From assembly GCA_040437565.1 (NCBI GenBank), contig JBDOQK010000048.1, positions 186,001 to 249,990 of the forward strand: a stretch of 63,990 bases of DNA. Direction: 5' to 3'. The notes beneath the pieces are model-generated. The model searched no databases. It was not told the origin of the DNA and saw only the letters and a program-made list of their open reading frames with translations. Positions 11,101 through 22,816 of the stretch are shown piece by piece (the stretch's first letter is position 1; each line of letters begins with the position of its first letter). Both the position numbers and the translations under genes were made by a program. The DNA comes from Albugo candida (Eukaryota).

Positions 11101-11641
11101 AATGATTTGTTTGCTTACTTAATACGCTCGAACGGATACTTGAGCGAGCAAAATCTTCCAAGTAATTCACAGCTCTCCCTAAGGTTGCTAGCGGTGTTGT
11201 GCTGAATGGAATACTTAGCGATGGACGTTTGGAAGAAAGCAGCACATTTGATGGACATGTCAATGAATCTTCTTTACACGTAATCCCATTTCGATCCTCA
11301 CAACTATTACACGCTTCTACTCGAGGCTCGAAGTCCTCCTTCTCCAGCAATGAGCCGGTACCAGGAGTGGTCTTGACGCTTAATGGTGTCATTTCGTCAC
11401 GCATTCGAAAGTCTGCTTGCGCTTCCTCCATTTCATTCCTTCGGGACTGTCGATGTCGACGCGTAACTCGGCTAAGTACGCTTCCTTCTTTATTCATGGA
11501 CCGTCCAATACGAGCTCGATACGATTCATGGGACGTTTTCCGGCTTGGTTCTGCGTCATTACCACTTGATCCAATTGTGTTATGATACAAAGTTCGAAAA
11601 AAGCTACGATCGGATGGTGATTTGGCTGTTTTAGGAGCCAT
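8146..11641 (-). CDS. PPP2R5: PP2A regulatory subunit B' (B56) with an N-terminal PH domain; about 779 aa after splicing and collapsing gap duplicates
   Basis: B56 motifs [59 protein letters not shown], HWN. The PH domain is rebuilt over GT-AG introns 11032-10981, 10938-10888 and 10818-10767 (KQTNHFKTWKKRRMILRGQCLFYY...YPRAVIPL...NCFEISLP GYRSVFLMAKNAHDREAWMSCI). The collapsed CDS is 2340 nt and in frame. Confidence 0.9.
8534..9383. repeat. 375-bp near-identical duplicate flanking gap 8909-9008 (5 mismatches)
   Basis: 8534-8908 vs 9009-9383 compared by eye. Confidence 0.9.
10066..11017. repeat. 426-bp near-identical duplicate flanking gap 10492-10591 (9 mismatches)
   Basis: 10066-10491 vs 10592-11017 compared by eye. 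Confidence 0.9.
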
Positions 11642-11666
11642 TGATTGTGCAGAGAGCTACAATACT

Positions 11667-11683
11667 GAAAAGTTGGAGAATGG
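11667..11683 (-). promoter_or_regulatory. Candidate oomycete INR/FPR core promoter element upstream of the PH-B56 gene
   Basis: Minus-strand CCATTCTCCAACTTTTC lies 26-42 nt upstream of ATG 11641 and resembles the oomycete YCAYTYY + MWTTTNC element. A CCAAT (agccaatc) lies near 11740. Confidence 0.35.
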
Positions 11684-12345
11684 AAACAGAATGATTTGAC
11701 GTAAATTACAAAAAAGTGATTTGTCAGGATCCTTAATTAGCCAATCGCATTTGCGCTTATATTTTATAGTATACGGATTGGATGAAATTCCATCTAACAC
11801 GACCTGAACACTTTTCAGTGACGTAAAGACTTCTCCTCATCGGTATACCGAGAGGCAACCAGTACACGTCGATCATCCGGTCACGTTTCGCGCAAAAGCG
11901 CGTCATAAATGCATTTTCAAACATCGAGCAGGGTACATTACACACCCATTCAAGTTCACACAACTCGGCTGCAACTGCGACAGCCTAATCATTCGCTCTG
12001 TAAAAAACACACAAAATAAACCCTAAAAGCCATCAACAGTACACATTTTTCACATTCATTCTCTATAGAGCACAAACTGTTTTTCTGTCACAGAAAAAAG
12101 AGTCTGAAATGCGCGGAAGATCCATTTACAGCGGCAACAAAGCATCCTCTATTTTCTAATATATATATTCAGCACAGCGACGCTTGACTCTCTCCCATGT
12201 ATTTAAACCTCAATCTTACATATCCCCTTATCTTTACAGCCAACATTCTGGCTCTAGGGTTTATAAGCAGTCAAACCAAAAGCCAGTCCGCGAATGATAT
12301 CACTTCCACAAAACAACTTTTCTGTCCGATCGTCATCCCAACACA

Positions 12346-13725
12346 ATGCTTTGTCTCGGTAAGAAGAAGACATCATCGTCTTCCTTGACCGACATGCAAG
12401 ATTACATCATAAAGTGGGAAGCTGGTCCGCTTGGAATCACACTTCGCCCCGAGCTCGGTCTCGAACTTCCACCTGTTGTGTACCAAATTTTGGACGAGAA
12501 TTCAATCGCTCGTCTCTCTGGTGTGCTGGTCGGCGATCTACTTATCAGTATCAATGGGAAGAAAACCAGTGCCATTGGATTTGATCGCTCGGTGGCTCGA
12601 TTGTATCGCGAAAAACTCCCAATGCTTTTACATTTTCGATCGCCATTAAAAAATAGTTTGGAAGGTCAGCTCAAACTACCAGGAATTTGGCGACAACGAC
12701 ATCTTTCTTTTGATGGATTTACCAATGGAGGCCAGATGCCAATTTTAGAAGACTGGAATTCCACAGCTGAATCCATGACTGCAAGTGATTCTGTTCGAAC
12801 ATCCACACCCATTAGAAAAGCTCCAGTTGCAATGCATATACCAACAGATCTCTGTCAATTAGTCGAGAAACGAAAGTTATCCGATATGGATTACATCTCC
12901 GGAAATGTTGTGCAGTCGGACGATAAACTCCAACGCGGCTTTCGCTTGGATCAAATCAAATCGGCTTCGGGTCGAGCGCGAGAAAGACGAAAACACAAGC
13001 CTGTCAAAGTATATCGAGCTGTATGGCGGTCAGGGAATCTCGGCATCTCTTTTGTTGCCGATAATTTCAACCAGGCTGTTGTGCATTCTATCCCGGAAGA
13101 ATCTAATTTACAGGATCGAGGCGAAGGAATGGATCGAATTGAAGTCGGTGATATTCTCGTTAGAATTAATTCACAAAATACCAAATCATTGGGTTTCGAC
13201 AACACACTTCGATGTCTCCAAACAATGGAAAGACCTCTTAATCTGAGATTCAGAAAAATATCAAAAACACATCCAGCATCCTCGACTTCAGCCGAGTCAA
13301 CTTCTCTCGGCTCAGAACGCTCCCGAACTGATCAGTCAGAAGAGGAGCACGTATCGGTGACACCTGTGAAGTCACCTCTCGAAATTCGGCGAGTATCAGC
13401 ACAAAAGACATTGCTGGAAAATACAGTTAAAACCGCCCCGCGATTGCTTACCTCACGAACGTTTTCAGCTTCCAGCCAGCTCTCCTTTACAGCTTCCATG
13501 ATGATCGTAGCCAAAAGCAGTAATAAACCCATCGAAGATGTTGAATTCGCTGGTGTCCCTCTTCTTCGTATTAAAGAAGAATCCGTACAAGCACAATTAC
13601 TCAAAGTATATGCAAAAGCGTGTCTTGCGAGCAGTCAGACGTCTCAACGACCCAAAAGACCATCCAAAACGATGCAAGTAAACAGTGTGATTCCTATTTC
13701 GGAGAATCATACAAATAAACAGTGA
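12346..13725 (+). CDS. Two-PDZ-domain protein
   Basis: PDZ1 WEAGPLGITLRP...GVLVGDLLISING; PDZ2 WRSGNLGISF...IEVGDILVRINS...RPLNLRF. Confidence 0.85.
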   Translation: MLCLGKKKTSSSSLTDMQDYIIKWEAGPLGITLRPELGLELPPVVYQILDENSIARLSGVLVGDLLISINGKKTSAIGFDRSVARLYREKLPMLLHFRSPLKNSLEGQLKLPGIWRQRHLSFDGFTNGGQMPILEDWNSTAESMTASDSVRTSTPIRKAPVAMHIPTDLCQLVEKRKLSDMDYISGNVVQSDDKLQRGFRLDQIKSASGRARERRKHKPVKVYRAVWRSGNLGISFVADNFNQAVVHSIPEESNLQDRGEGMDRIEVGDILVRINSQNTKSLGFDNTLRCLQTMERPLNLRFRKISKTHPASSTSAESTSLGSERSRTDQSEEEHVSVTPVKSPLEIRRVSAQKTLLENTVKTAPRLLTSRTFSASSQLSFTASMMIVAKSSNKPIEDVEFAGVPLLRIKEESVQAQLLKVYAKACLASSQTSQRPKRPSKTMQVNSVIPISENHTNKQ

Positions 13726-13770
13726 AACCAACAAACACAACTCTCAGTAACATATCTCAATATATTGTCT

Positions 13771-15856
13771 TTATCGTTCGAAATGGCCATCAAAACCCAC
13801 AAATCCTGCGAGAAGAAACACGTGAAAATACGACTTCTTTTCGATTTTGGAGCACCAATTCCAAGCGCTTGTGAGTCGTCCATCAATGCATGATCCAGCG
13901 TCAAAGAAATTATCCGCGCCGCTTCCGTCAAAACCGTGTTTGAAAAAATCACTCAGAATCAATTTTTGGAGAGCGTTGGCACCACCATAGGAGTCGGAAA
14001 TGAAAGCTTTGGTCTCATTTTGCTGCGATAACGCTGGAATTTCTTCGATTGTGCGTACGATGGGAGTCAGAATGCGTGCAACTTGAGTGTACTTATCGAT
14101 GAACAAAAGAGCATTGGGAACGTTATGGTCGCCGAGATGCACTACAGACGACCCGACCCAATGCGGATGCTTGGCTCGCAATTTCTGAAGGATACTGTGC
14201 ATCATTTTGGACGTTTTAGGCGCTATTTGCATGCGTTGAAGCCCCTGACCGGTATCTCGAAGTCGATAAGAAACACCTCCCAACAGATCGTCTTCCACAG
14301 AACGCCATAAACGCAACATTTCCATTGTGATTAAATGCCATAATTGCAGCGATTGTTGCACGTATTCGTATTGTGTTGCATGATTGTGACTCAAACGAGC
14401 ACCATTACGTCCCGCTCGAATTTCAAGACTAAATCCAATCTCTGGTCGAGTTGCATCGAAAAACGTCGATAGAAAATGAAGCATTTTGGTAATTGGCGAT
14501 GTATTTGCACTTAAATGTGAATTGTAATCGTCTATGGACGCCACACATCGTCGAATGTCGGCTTCGGACAGCGTTTCAGAAGTGTATTGATCGATTAATT
14601 CGTTTNNNNNNNNNNNNNNNNNNNNNNNNNNNNNNNNNNNNNNNNNNNNNNNNNNNNNNNNNNNNNNNNNNNNNNNNNNNNNNNNNNNNNNNNNNNNNNN
14701 NNNNNATTGTGATTAAATGCCATAATTGCAGCGATTGTTGCACGTATTCGTATTGTGTTGCATGATTGTGACTCAAACGAGCACCATTACGTCCCGCTCG
14801 AATTTCAAGACTAAATCCAATCTCTGGTCGAGTTGCATCGAAAAACGTCGATAGAAAATGAAGCATTTTGGTAATTGGCGATGTATTTGCACTTAAATGT
14901 GAATTGTAATCGTCTATGGACGCCACACATCGTCGAATGTCGGCTTCGGACAGCGTTTCAGAAGTGTATTGATCGATTAATTCGTTTGAAGCCGCGAGCT
15001 TTTTGGACCGATCTGATGCGAGTACGGATGTGGAAATACAAAGACGAGGGTCCTGCAATAGGGAGAGCGCGTTTTTTTCTTCCAAAAGTGAGAAAACCGT
15101 CTGAATCAGCCGAATGCATGAGAAATTGGTCTGTTCCCGGATATGATTCAGAGTCGAATCTTGTAGCAAATAAATCATTTTTCCGTAGTTTTCTCGCATG
15201 CGTGCTGAGAGTAGATACAGTTAATGGTGTTGATTATGTCAATGGAAGCATAACAGACCTGGATTCATCATTTTATAGCGTCTTCCGACCTCGAATATTT
15301 CTTGGAATAATTTCGCATTTGCTTCAAGCAGTTTGTTTTCGACCAATCGTTTGCCTGATGGAAAATTATCAACCAGTACCATTCCAGATACCGTGCTGAG
15401 CATATCGATCAGTTCTGACAGGACACGTTTGGTTGCGGAGCGGTAGGATAGGACATCGACTTTGTCGGTGTATTCACTTGCGGAGAGGGATGCGTCTAGT
15501 ATTTGGAATAATGAGCGCTCATGCGCATCGAGTCGTAGCGGAATGCATTCTGCATCGTGGAGCAAAAAAGACTCGTACTCAGGCTCAACAATGCATTCAG
15601 TGTGAATGGAAACGTCTCCTTTGGGTGTGGCTGTGTCAAATGGACTGCTACTTCTCATAATTCGACTGGACGCAAGTTTGACCGATTCAATCGATGCGTT
15701 TTGAAGCTTTAATGTGTCTTTCTGGTGATGCAATCGTGATCCTGAATGATGCTGATTCTCGTAACATAATTCGCAGTACACGTCGTCGCAATCACGGCAC
15801 TTGTACAGAGCTTCCGTGTCGTCACATTCGACACAATACAAAAGCGTTAATTCCAT
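13771..15856 (-). CDS. UPF0652/DUF2009-family protein with an N-terminal B-box-like zinc finger; about 549 aa
   Basis: N-terminal CVECDD...CRDCDDVYCELCYENQHHSGSRLHH. Conserved blocks IPLRL, SEYTDKVDV, RRYKMMNP/ARMRENYGK (intron 15258-15205), GARLSHNH, WVGSSVVHLGDHNVPNALLFIDKYTQV, FDGSGADNFFDAGSCIDGRLTSAWNWC. In frame once the gap duplicate is collapsed. Confidence 0.88.
14324..14987. repeat. 282-bp duplicate flanking gap 14606-14705 (unmerged contig overlap)
   Basis: 14324-14605 matches 14706-14987. Confidence 0.9.
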
Positions 15857-16057
15857 GCGAACGTATCTCTAATTACGAATGGGAATTAAGAATCGTATTT
15901 TTTAAGTTCGAAACGCTAACATGCAAATGTATTGATATTCTACCAAGCGCTTCAATGCGAAAACTCAATTTGAATGCTCGCTAGTCGCTCAAAAGATGAG
16001 TAATGTACCCCATCTGACGTTTCCCTCTATACGTAGCTCGGTGTACGCAAAAAGCTC

Positions 16058-16545
16058 TTAGATATCATTGAAATCGAACCCAATATCATCTTCATCGGCA
16101 TCCATCGATAGATCCATTGTGGTTTCATTAATACGTGCGGATTCCGGAAGCTCCCCGTACGCTTTGAGACTTCGAGCTTCGTCGGCGTTGTACTTGTGAA
16201 TGATATCTACTTTTCCATCTTGATACTCGCGAAGACTGACCAAAATGATATCACCGGCACCCACCCATACTTTTTTCCGCATTTTCCCTCGAATATGACC
16301 CAAGCGAGTCACACCGTCAAAGCAGTACGCTTCCAATCGGCCATTTCCCAGCATTCGTACCACTTGTGCGTACTCTAATTGGTGCAGAAACAGCAGTTAA
16401 TACGGAAGTTTCAGCAGCGAGTACAATGTGAAGAAAATAACTTGCGTTGTCCATCTTCTTTAAATTCTAATTCCCGCTTATTTTCTTCATTATCATTCTT
16501 CCCACGTCGACGATTTTTTCCTCCTTTACCTTTATTTTTGGGCAT
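16058..16545 (-). CDS. EIF1A: Translation initiation factor eIF1A (138 aa, two exons)
   Basis: Exon 1 (16545-16446) [33 protein letters not shown]. Exon 2 (16374-16058) [31 protein letters not shown]...[13 protein letters not shown]. Confidence 0.97.
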
Positions 16546-16931
16546 TTCTCAACGTCCCAACAAGTAAAGACCAATGATTTCAAGCCTCTGCGCGTACACT
16601 CGTGCAACCGTTCCTCTTTTCACCCAATCAGAAGCATTAAAGACGCCGCCTCTTTTCAGACGACTACGTACCTTCCTACAACCCAATAGCAGGTTGCATT
16701 GCAGCATCTCGGATTCCACGCGATTTCACCGCACACGCCATCCTCAACATATATCCTGCTGCCACATACTCTCATTATTTTAAAACATACTATCCTTGAC
16801 CTGTTCTCTAAACTATTTCCTGACCTCTTGATCTTCTGCGGTTACCCCAAGGTAACGCGAATGTACACAATCACCATTCGCGAGATTCTTTTATGTGCCT
16901 TCCGTTGATTCCACAGCCGAGAACTCGCGTG

Positions 16932-18467
16932 CTTACGACCTAAAAAACGTGTCAATGGAGTACGAACTCATGTGGGGTGAAGGTCCATTAGGCCTGACAC
17001 TCCGTCCCGATCTTGGCGAAGACATGCCGCCCGTTGTAGGACGAATCACACGCATCAATTCCGCTGCTGCCATTGCCAAAGTCGCTGAAGGACACATGCT
17101 CGTCAGTATAAACGGAGTCGATACCGCCAGAAAAGGGTACGATCACGTTGTCGATATGCTCCAAAAAGTGGCCCGTCCGGCTACGTTACGTTTTCGCGTC
17201 CCGCGCGGTTACACTCCACTTCCTCGACCTTCTCCTGGCCCTTCAGCAGCTCCTGACGCGCTCCCGTCGACCAATGACCCCTCCACGCTAAGAAGATCCA
17301 CCTCCTCTATCCCTTACGCCAATCCGCGGTCCAAAAGAGAACAATATACGATCGTTTGGACCGAAGGACCGCTGGGTATGATCCTCCGACCTGACGATGA
17401 CGATTGCCACATTCCGTGCATTCGAAAGATTACTGGAAAAGGAGTTGGAACAGGAATGGATAAAGCAAATGTTGGTGATGTCTTAGTCGCTGTCAATGGG
17501 CAAGAGACAAAAACGCTGGGATTTCGACGGACGATATCGTTATTAAAGACTATACGGAAGCCCGCTGTGTTGAAGTTTAAACGGATGAGAAGAAGAATAT
17601 CAAGAAAACGATCGTCGCGAGAGGATGCTCTATCGGATGTCCTCCATTTNNNNNNNNNNNNNNNNNNNNNNNNNNNNNNNNNNNNNNNNNNNNNNNNNNN
17701 NNNNNNNNNNNNNNNNNNNNNNNNNNNNNNNNNNNNNNNNNNNNNNNNNCTTACGACCTAAAAAACGTGTCAATGGAGTACGAACTCATGTGGGGTGAAG
17801 GTCCATTAGGCCTGACACTCCGTCCCGATCTTGGCGAAGACATGCCGCCCGTTGTAGGACGAATCACACGCATCAATTCCGCTGCTGCCATTGCCAAAGT
17901 CGCTGAAGGACACATGCTCGTCAGTATAAACGGAGTCGATACCGCCAGAAAAGGGTACGATCACGTTGTCGATATGCTCCAAAAAGTGGCCCGTCCGGCT
18001 ACGTTACGTTTTCGCGTCCCGCGCGGTTACACTCCACTTCCTCGACCTTCTCCTGGCCCTTCAGCAGCTCCTGACGCGCTCCCGTCGACCAATGACCCCT
18101 CCACGCTAAGAAGATCCACCTCCTCTATCCCTTACGCCAATCCGCGGTCCAAAAGAGAACAATATACGATCGTTTGGACCGAAGGACCGCTGGGTATGAT
18201 CCTCCGACCTGACGATGACGATTGCCACATTCCGTGCATTCGAAAGATTACTGGAAAAGGAGTTGGAACAGGAATGGATAAAGCAAATGTTGGTGATGTC
18301 TTAGTCGCTGTCAATGGGCAAGAGACAAAAACGCTGGGATTTCGACGGACGATATCGTTATTAAAGACTATACGGAAGCCCGCTGTGTTGAAGTTTAAAC
18401 GGATGAGAAGAAGAATATCAAGAAAACGATCGTCGCGAGAGGATGCTCTATCGGATGTCCTCCATTT
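16932..18467. repeat. 718-bp duplicate flanking gap 17650-17749 (unmerged contig overlap)
   Basis: 16932-17649 matches 17750-18467; identical translations in the ORF track. Confidence 0.92.
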
Positions 18468-20755
18468 GAATCAAGTTTCCAAAGACTTTGGAGCTTATGA
18501 TGTCGTCTGGAGGGAAGGAGAATTAGGACTTAAATTGAAGCCTGGATCACAGGAAGTCCCCATCATCAGTCGACTTACTGGGAAAGGAACAGCCAGTGGA
18601 CTTCATAATGCAAATGTCGGCGATGAACTCGTCTCTGTGAATGGATCCGTAGTCGAAGGTGAGGCCTATCAGGACACATTACGAATGCTCAAACATTCTC
18701 AAAAACCGGCCATTTTACGATTTCGACCTGGAAAAAATCGAAGGGAATCCATGCTCTCAGTCGTATCGGTTCGATCGAATCCAGCGACCGCAACCGAAGT
18801 TGAGAAAGTGAGAACTCGACATGTGCCTATTTACGACACAGGTCGAGAGCCGACCGAATCGCATATAGTAAAGCCTCCTCCGATCCGGAAGAAGAAACGA
18901 AGGATTCCACTGCAAGTGGCGAAAGAATTAGTAGCTGCAGCGCAAGATGTTGATATCAATCAAGCTGTTTTCGCAGGATTCTTGGTCGGACAGGTACAAG
19001 ACGGCACGCGTGAAGCACATATTCTCCGTGTCGAAGCGAAAAAAATGATTTTGGCCGAAGCAGAAGCACGTCGAAATGGAATTCCAGCCAAGTACGCGCT
19101 CACCCGAGCGGAACGACAAGCAAAAGTGCTGCAGGACGCATTGGATAAAATAAAAAATCAAGCGAAAAAGTATGAGGAAATCTTGAAGGCACAAGAGCGT
19201 GAGAAGATTCTTGCGTCCGCGATGCAAGATAAATCGGAAGAACTCATTGGAAAACAAAACAGTGTCATTGCTGAACTATCACATGTGATCTCTAGGTACA
19301 AACGCGATTCCTACAGCGAGATGGAAATTAACACGATACCGAGTGAAGAAGACCCGCAATTTGTCCGTCAAAGTCTCATTGAAGGGCTTCAAGAGGTAAT
19401 GAATATCCCCGTTGTCGTTCCCCAATCCAAATACTGCGCCGAATGTGGTGCAACTGAGATGGAAACCAAGCTTGATCTCGATGAAGATGGTCAATTTTAC
19501 TGCACCGATTGCTGGGCAAAGTATATGTCTCGGCCTATGGATGCAGTGCACGAGGAATTGTCGATCAAAAGCGTACCCGGTGCCATCTCCGAGTCTGAAA
19601 TCGTCGATGAAGAAGGAGGTGACAGCGTGGATAGTGCAAAAGTTGGCGTACCGCCTTATAATATGAAAGAGCGATTAGAGAAAAAACAAATGGAAGAAGC
19701 AAATGCGCGTATTGAGGCCGAACAAAAGCTATTGGAAATCAAACAATTAAGACAATCTGGCTCACTGACAAAGCTCATGGAACGAGGAGAAGATGTGGAT
19801 TCAGAAGAAAAGGCCCGACGCGATCTTCTCGGTTTAGAAGAACTCGCAAATGCTCTCCGGGAAGAAGAAAATCGAGCGCGAATGGACGGGAATGAAGTTT
19901 TGGCCGATAAATTGAACGCTCAGCGTACTCACATTCTCACTGGCACACCGTCTACCTCGCCATCAAGAGAGAAACAGGCGAATGCTTTATTGTCGGATGA
20001 ATTTCAAGTCACTCACAATGCCCCACGAGAACCTCAAATTCTTGAGGAATCTCAAGAGTGTCGGGAATTTGAGGAGTCTGAGGAGCTTCAAGAGGAAGAG
20101 ATAAAGCAAGAGAGAACGACAAATGGGACGAACGGGTCGTCTGATTCGGAAGGGGATGATCGATTTAGTGAGGGAGATGATGATATGGTTCGTGATTTAC
20201 GACAGAATAATGTGGCATTGGCTCGACAGCTGGAAGAAGCGCATANNNNNNNNNNNNNNNNNNNNNNNNNNNNNNNNNNNNNNNNNNNNNNNNNNNNNNN
20301 NNNNNNNNNNNNNNNNNNNNNNNNNNNNNNNNNNNNNNNNNNNNNCTCAAGAGTGTCGGGAATTTGAGGAGTCTGAGGAGCTTCAAGAGGAAGAGATAAA
20401 GCAAGAGAGAACGACAAATGGGACGAACGGGTCGTCTGATTCGGAAGGGGATGATCGATTTAGTGAGGGAGATGATGATATGGTTCGTGATTTACGACAG
20501 AATAATGTGGCATTGGCTCGACAGCTGGAAGAAGCGCATACTATGGTCGAACGTGCGCGAATGTCGATTTTGATGACTGGGGACGATACAGCTGAAGACG
20601 ATTCGTATGAGCTATCAAACGAGCAGATTCAATTGTTCAAAAAACTGACAAGTCAAGCGGATGAACGCATGTCGATGGTAGATCGATTGCATCCACCTGA
20701 TTCCTCAGACTCAGACTCAGATGAACAATCTGAGGCTGAAGGTGTTTGGATTTAG
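16955..20755 (+). CDS. Three-PDZ protein with coiled coils and a C4 zinc finger; about 895 aa after collapsing gap duplicates
   Basis: Three W(G/T/R)EG(P/E)LG-initiated PDZ repeats, heptad-rich segments, CAEC...YCTDCW and an acidic tail. Removing the 818- and 295-nt gap+duplicate blocks gives a 2688-nt in-frame CDS. Possible 5'UTR intron at about 16852-16916. Confidence 0.85.
20051..20540. repeat. 195-bp duplicate flanking gap 20246-20345
   Basis: 20051-20245 matches 20346-20540. Confidence 0.9.
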
Positions 20756-21056
20756 TGGCAAAGAGAAACAGCGGGCATAGCGCGCTGTTACCATATTATC
20801 GCAGAGAGTTTAGTATACGTTTTATACGCGGCAAATTGTCAAGAAAAGAGATGATGCAGTCTGTACACATGTTAGCAATGCTCTGTATCNNNNNNNNNNN
20901 NNNNNNNNNNNNNNNNNNNNNNNNNNNNNNNNNNNNNNNNNNNNNNNNNNNNNNNNNNNNNNNNNNNNNNNNNNNNNNNNNNNNNNNNNCAGACCTGAGA
21001 AGATCAGTCAGTATCAGACGCTTCTTTTAGCCAATCGTAAATCACCAACCACCAAT

Positions 21057-22754
21057 ATGGCGGCGGTAGTCATTCAGAATGCAAATGAACGCGCTGCAGA
21101 CGTTCCAAATAGCTTCTGGGGTCGTATCTTTCCGTTTCTGCGCATGTTCCTCCTGTGGTACGGATTCAGCGCCGTGATGAAAGCGCTTATTCCGCAGCCA
21201 CAGCAAAACTCTGATACAATTGCATCAACTCCCTTAAAAACTGACAGCGCCAAAACGATTCTGACGAATTCCTTCCGACCAAATGACCCAATGGAACTGC
21301 ATCTTTTCATTACCGCTGAAAGCGAAAGTCTGCCGCAAACGTTTGAAAACGCAATCATAAAATGGTCGCAATCCAATATCACTTACAGTCCGAAATTACA
21401 TAATCATACCGATGGGAACGGATTTATTACAAAAACATTCTACATCGATGGACACGATTTAAGCGCCGAAAATGATCTTTATTACGTTCATATTCTGCTG
21501 TCCAGGAAAGGAATTCCTATCGAATCAATGGACCCGATGGATACTTTGCATCAGAGCATTCCGTTAACTGTCTATCGTCCTCCACCCGTGTCCACCATCA
21601 AGCGGAATTTGGTCTCGAAGATCCAGGCTGATTTTCAACCCCAGAGCTCGACGCTGATTCCAATGTGGAAGCCCGAATTGATCATCAATTACGTATACGA
21701 TGACACAGTGTATTCCAATGATATACCACCGTTTATCCAAAAGCACTTGATAACCGATTTTTCGCGAGCGCTTTATGCGCCGATACTTTATCCAAATGAG
21801 TTCTGGCTCCTGGAAGATCGACTGCTTCCGATGAATAGGAGCGAACGCATGCCGCTGGAGATCAACTTTTATCCTATACCACTTTGGAAATTTGCTTTGT
21901 ATCATCAAATGACGGAGAATCTTGCGCTACAAGAATCCTCCGGCAGCACTTCCCGCAAAGATTCTGACAAAATGAAGCGCTTGTTTCTTGAAACGAATCC
22001 ATACCTGCTAACAGCCACAATGTTGGTGTCAGTATTGCATTCAGTGTTTGATTTCTTGGCCTTCAAAAATGATGTGAGCTTTTGGCGGAATCAGAAAAGT
22101 TTGGAAGGGATCTCTTTACGCACAACTATTCTCAACACATTCTTCCAACTGGTCATTTTTCTTTACTTGTTTGATAACGATACCTCTTGGATGATCTTAT
22201 TCAGCTCATTGATTGGATTCTTGATCGATTTGTGGAAGATTAAGAAAGCTCTTCGATTCCAACAAGATAAAAACACAAAGAAATGGAGTATTGTCATGGA
22301 GAATTCGTATCGGGAATCAGCAACGGCACAATATGATCGCTTTGCAATCACACATCTTACATTCGTTCTGTACCCGCTTCTAGTTGGCAATGCAGCCTAC
22401 AATCTTCTCTATCGCGAGCATAAGAGCTGGTATTCCTGGATACTTTCAAGTCTCACCAGTTTTGTGTACGCATTCGGATTTGTAATGATGACACCACAAC
22501 TTTACATCAATTACAAGCTGAAATCGGTTGCTCATCTTCCGTGGAGAGCGATGGTGTACAAGTCTCTCAACACGTTTGTCGACGATCTGTTTGCATTTGT
22601 CATCAAAATGCCGTGGATGCATCGCTTGAGCTGCTTCCGAGACGATCTTATTTTCTTTGTGTATTTGTATCAGCGATGGGCGTACCCTGTGGATTCTCAC
22701 CGTACTAATGAGTTCGGGCAAGGACCTCAGCAAGAAGCGATCAAAGCAGAGTAA
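21057..22754 (+). CDS. CLPTM1: CLPTM1/CLPTM1L-family multi-pass membrane protein
   Basis: NEFWLL, LETNPYLL, FDFLAFKNDVSFW, MTPQLYINYKLKSVAHLPW, YKSLNTFVDDLFAFVIKMP, CFRDDLIFFVYLYQRWAYPVD..RTNEFG. Confidence 0.95.
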   Translation: MAAVVIQNANERAADVPNSFWGRIFPFLRMFLLWYGFSAVMKALIPQPQQNSDTIASTPLKTDSAKTILTNSFRPNDPMELHLFITAESESLPQTFENAIIKWSQSNITYSPKLHNHTDGNGFITKTFYIDGHDLSAENDLYYVHILLSRKGIPIESMDPMDTLHQSIPLTVYRPPPVSTIKRNLVSKIQADFQPQSSTLIPMWKPELIINYVYDDTVYSNDIPPFIQKHLITDFSRALYAPILYPNEFWLLEDRLLPMNRSERMPLEINFYPIPLWKFALYHQMTENLALQESSGSTSRKDSDKMKRLFLETNPYLLTATMLVSVLHSVFDFLAFKNDVSFWRNQKSLEGISLRTTILNTFFQLVIFLYLFDNDTSWMILFSSLIGFLIDLWKIKKALRFQQDKNTKKWSIVMENSYRESATAQYDRFAITHLTFVLYPLLVGNAAYNLLYREHKSWYSWILSSLTSFVYAFGFVMMTPQLYINYKLKSVAHLPWRAMVYKSLNTFVDDLFAFVIKMPWMHRLSCFRDDLIFFVYLYQRWAYPVDSHRTNEFGQGPQQEAIKAE

Positions 22755-22816
22755 AGAAAATCTGAAACAATTCGATTTTATTGTGACCGCTTGATACTGT
22801 GTTCCATTCTGTTTGG

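Noticed and set aside
16895-17761. Apparent separate two-PDZ gene upstream of the three-PDZ gene
   Set aside because: Identical 718-bp overlap across a gap; assembly artefact.
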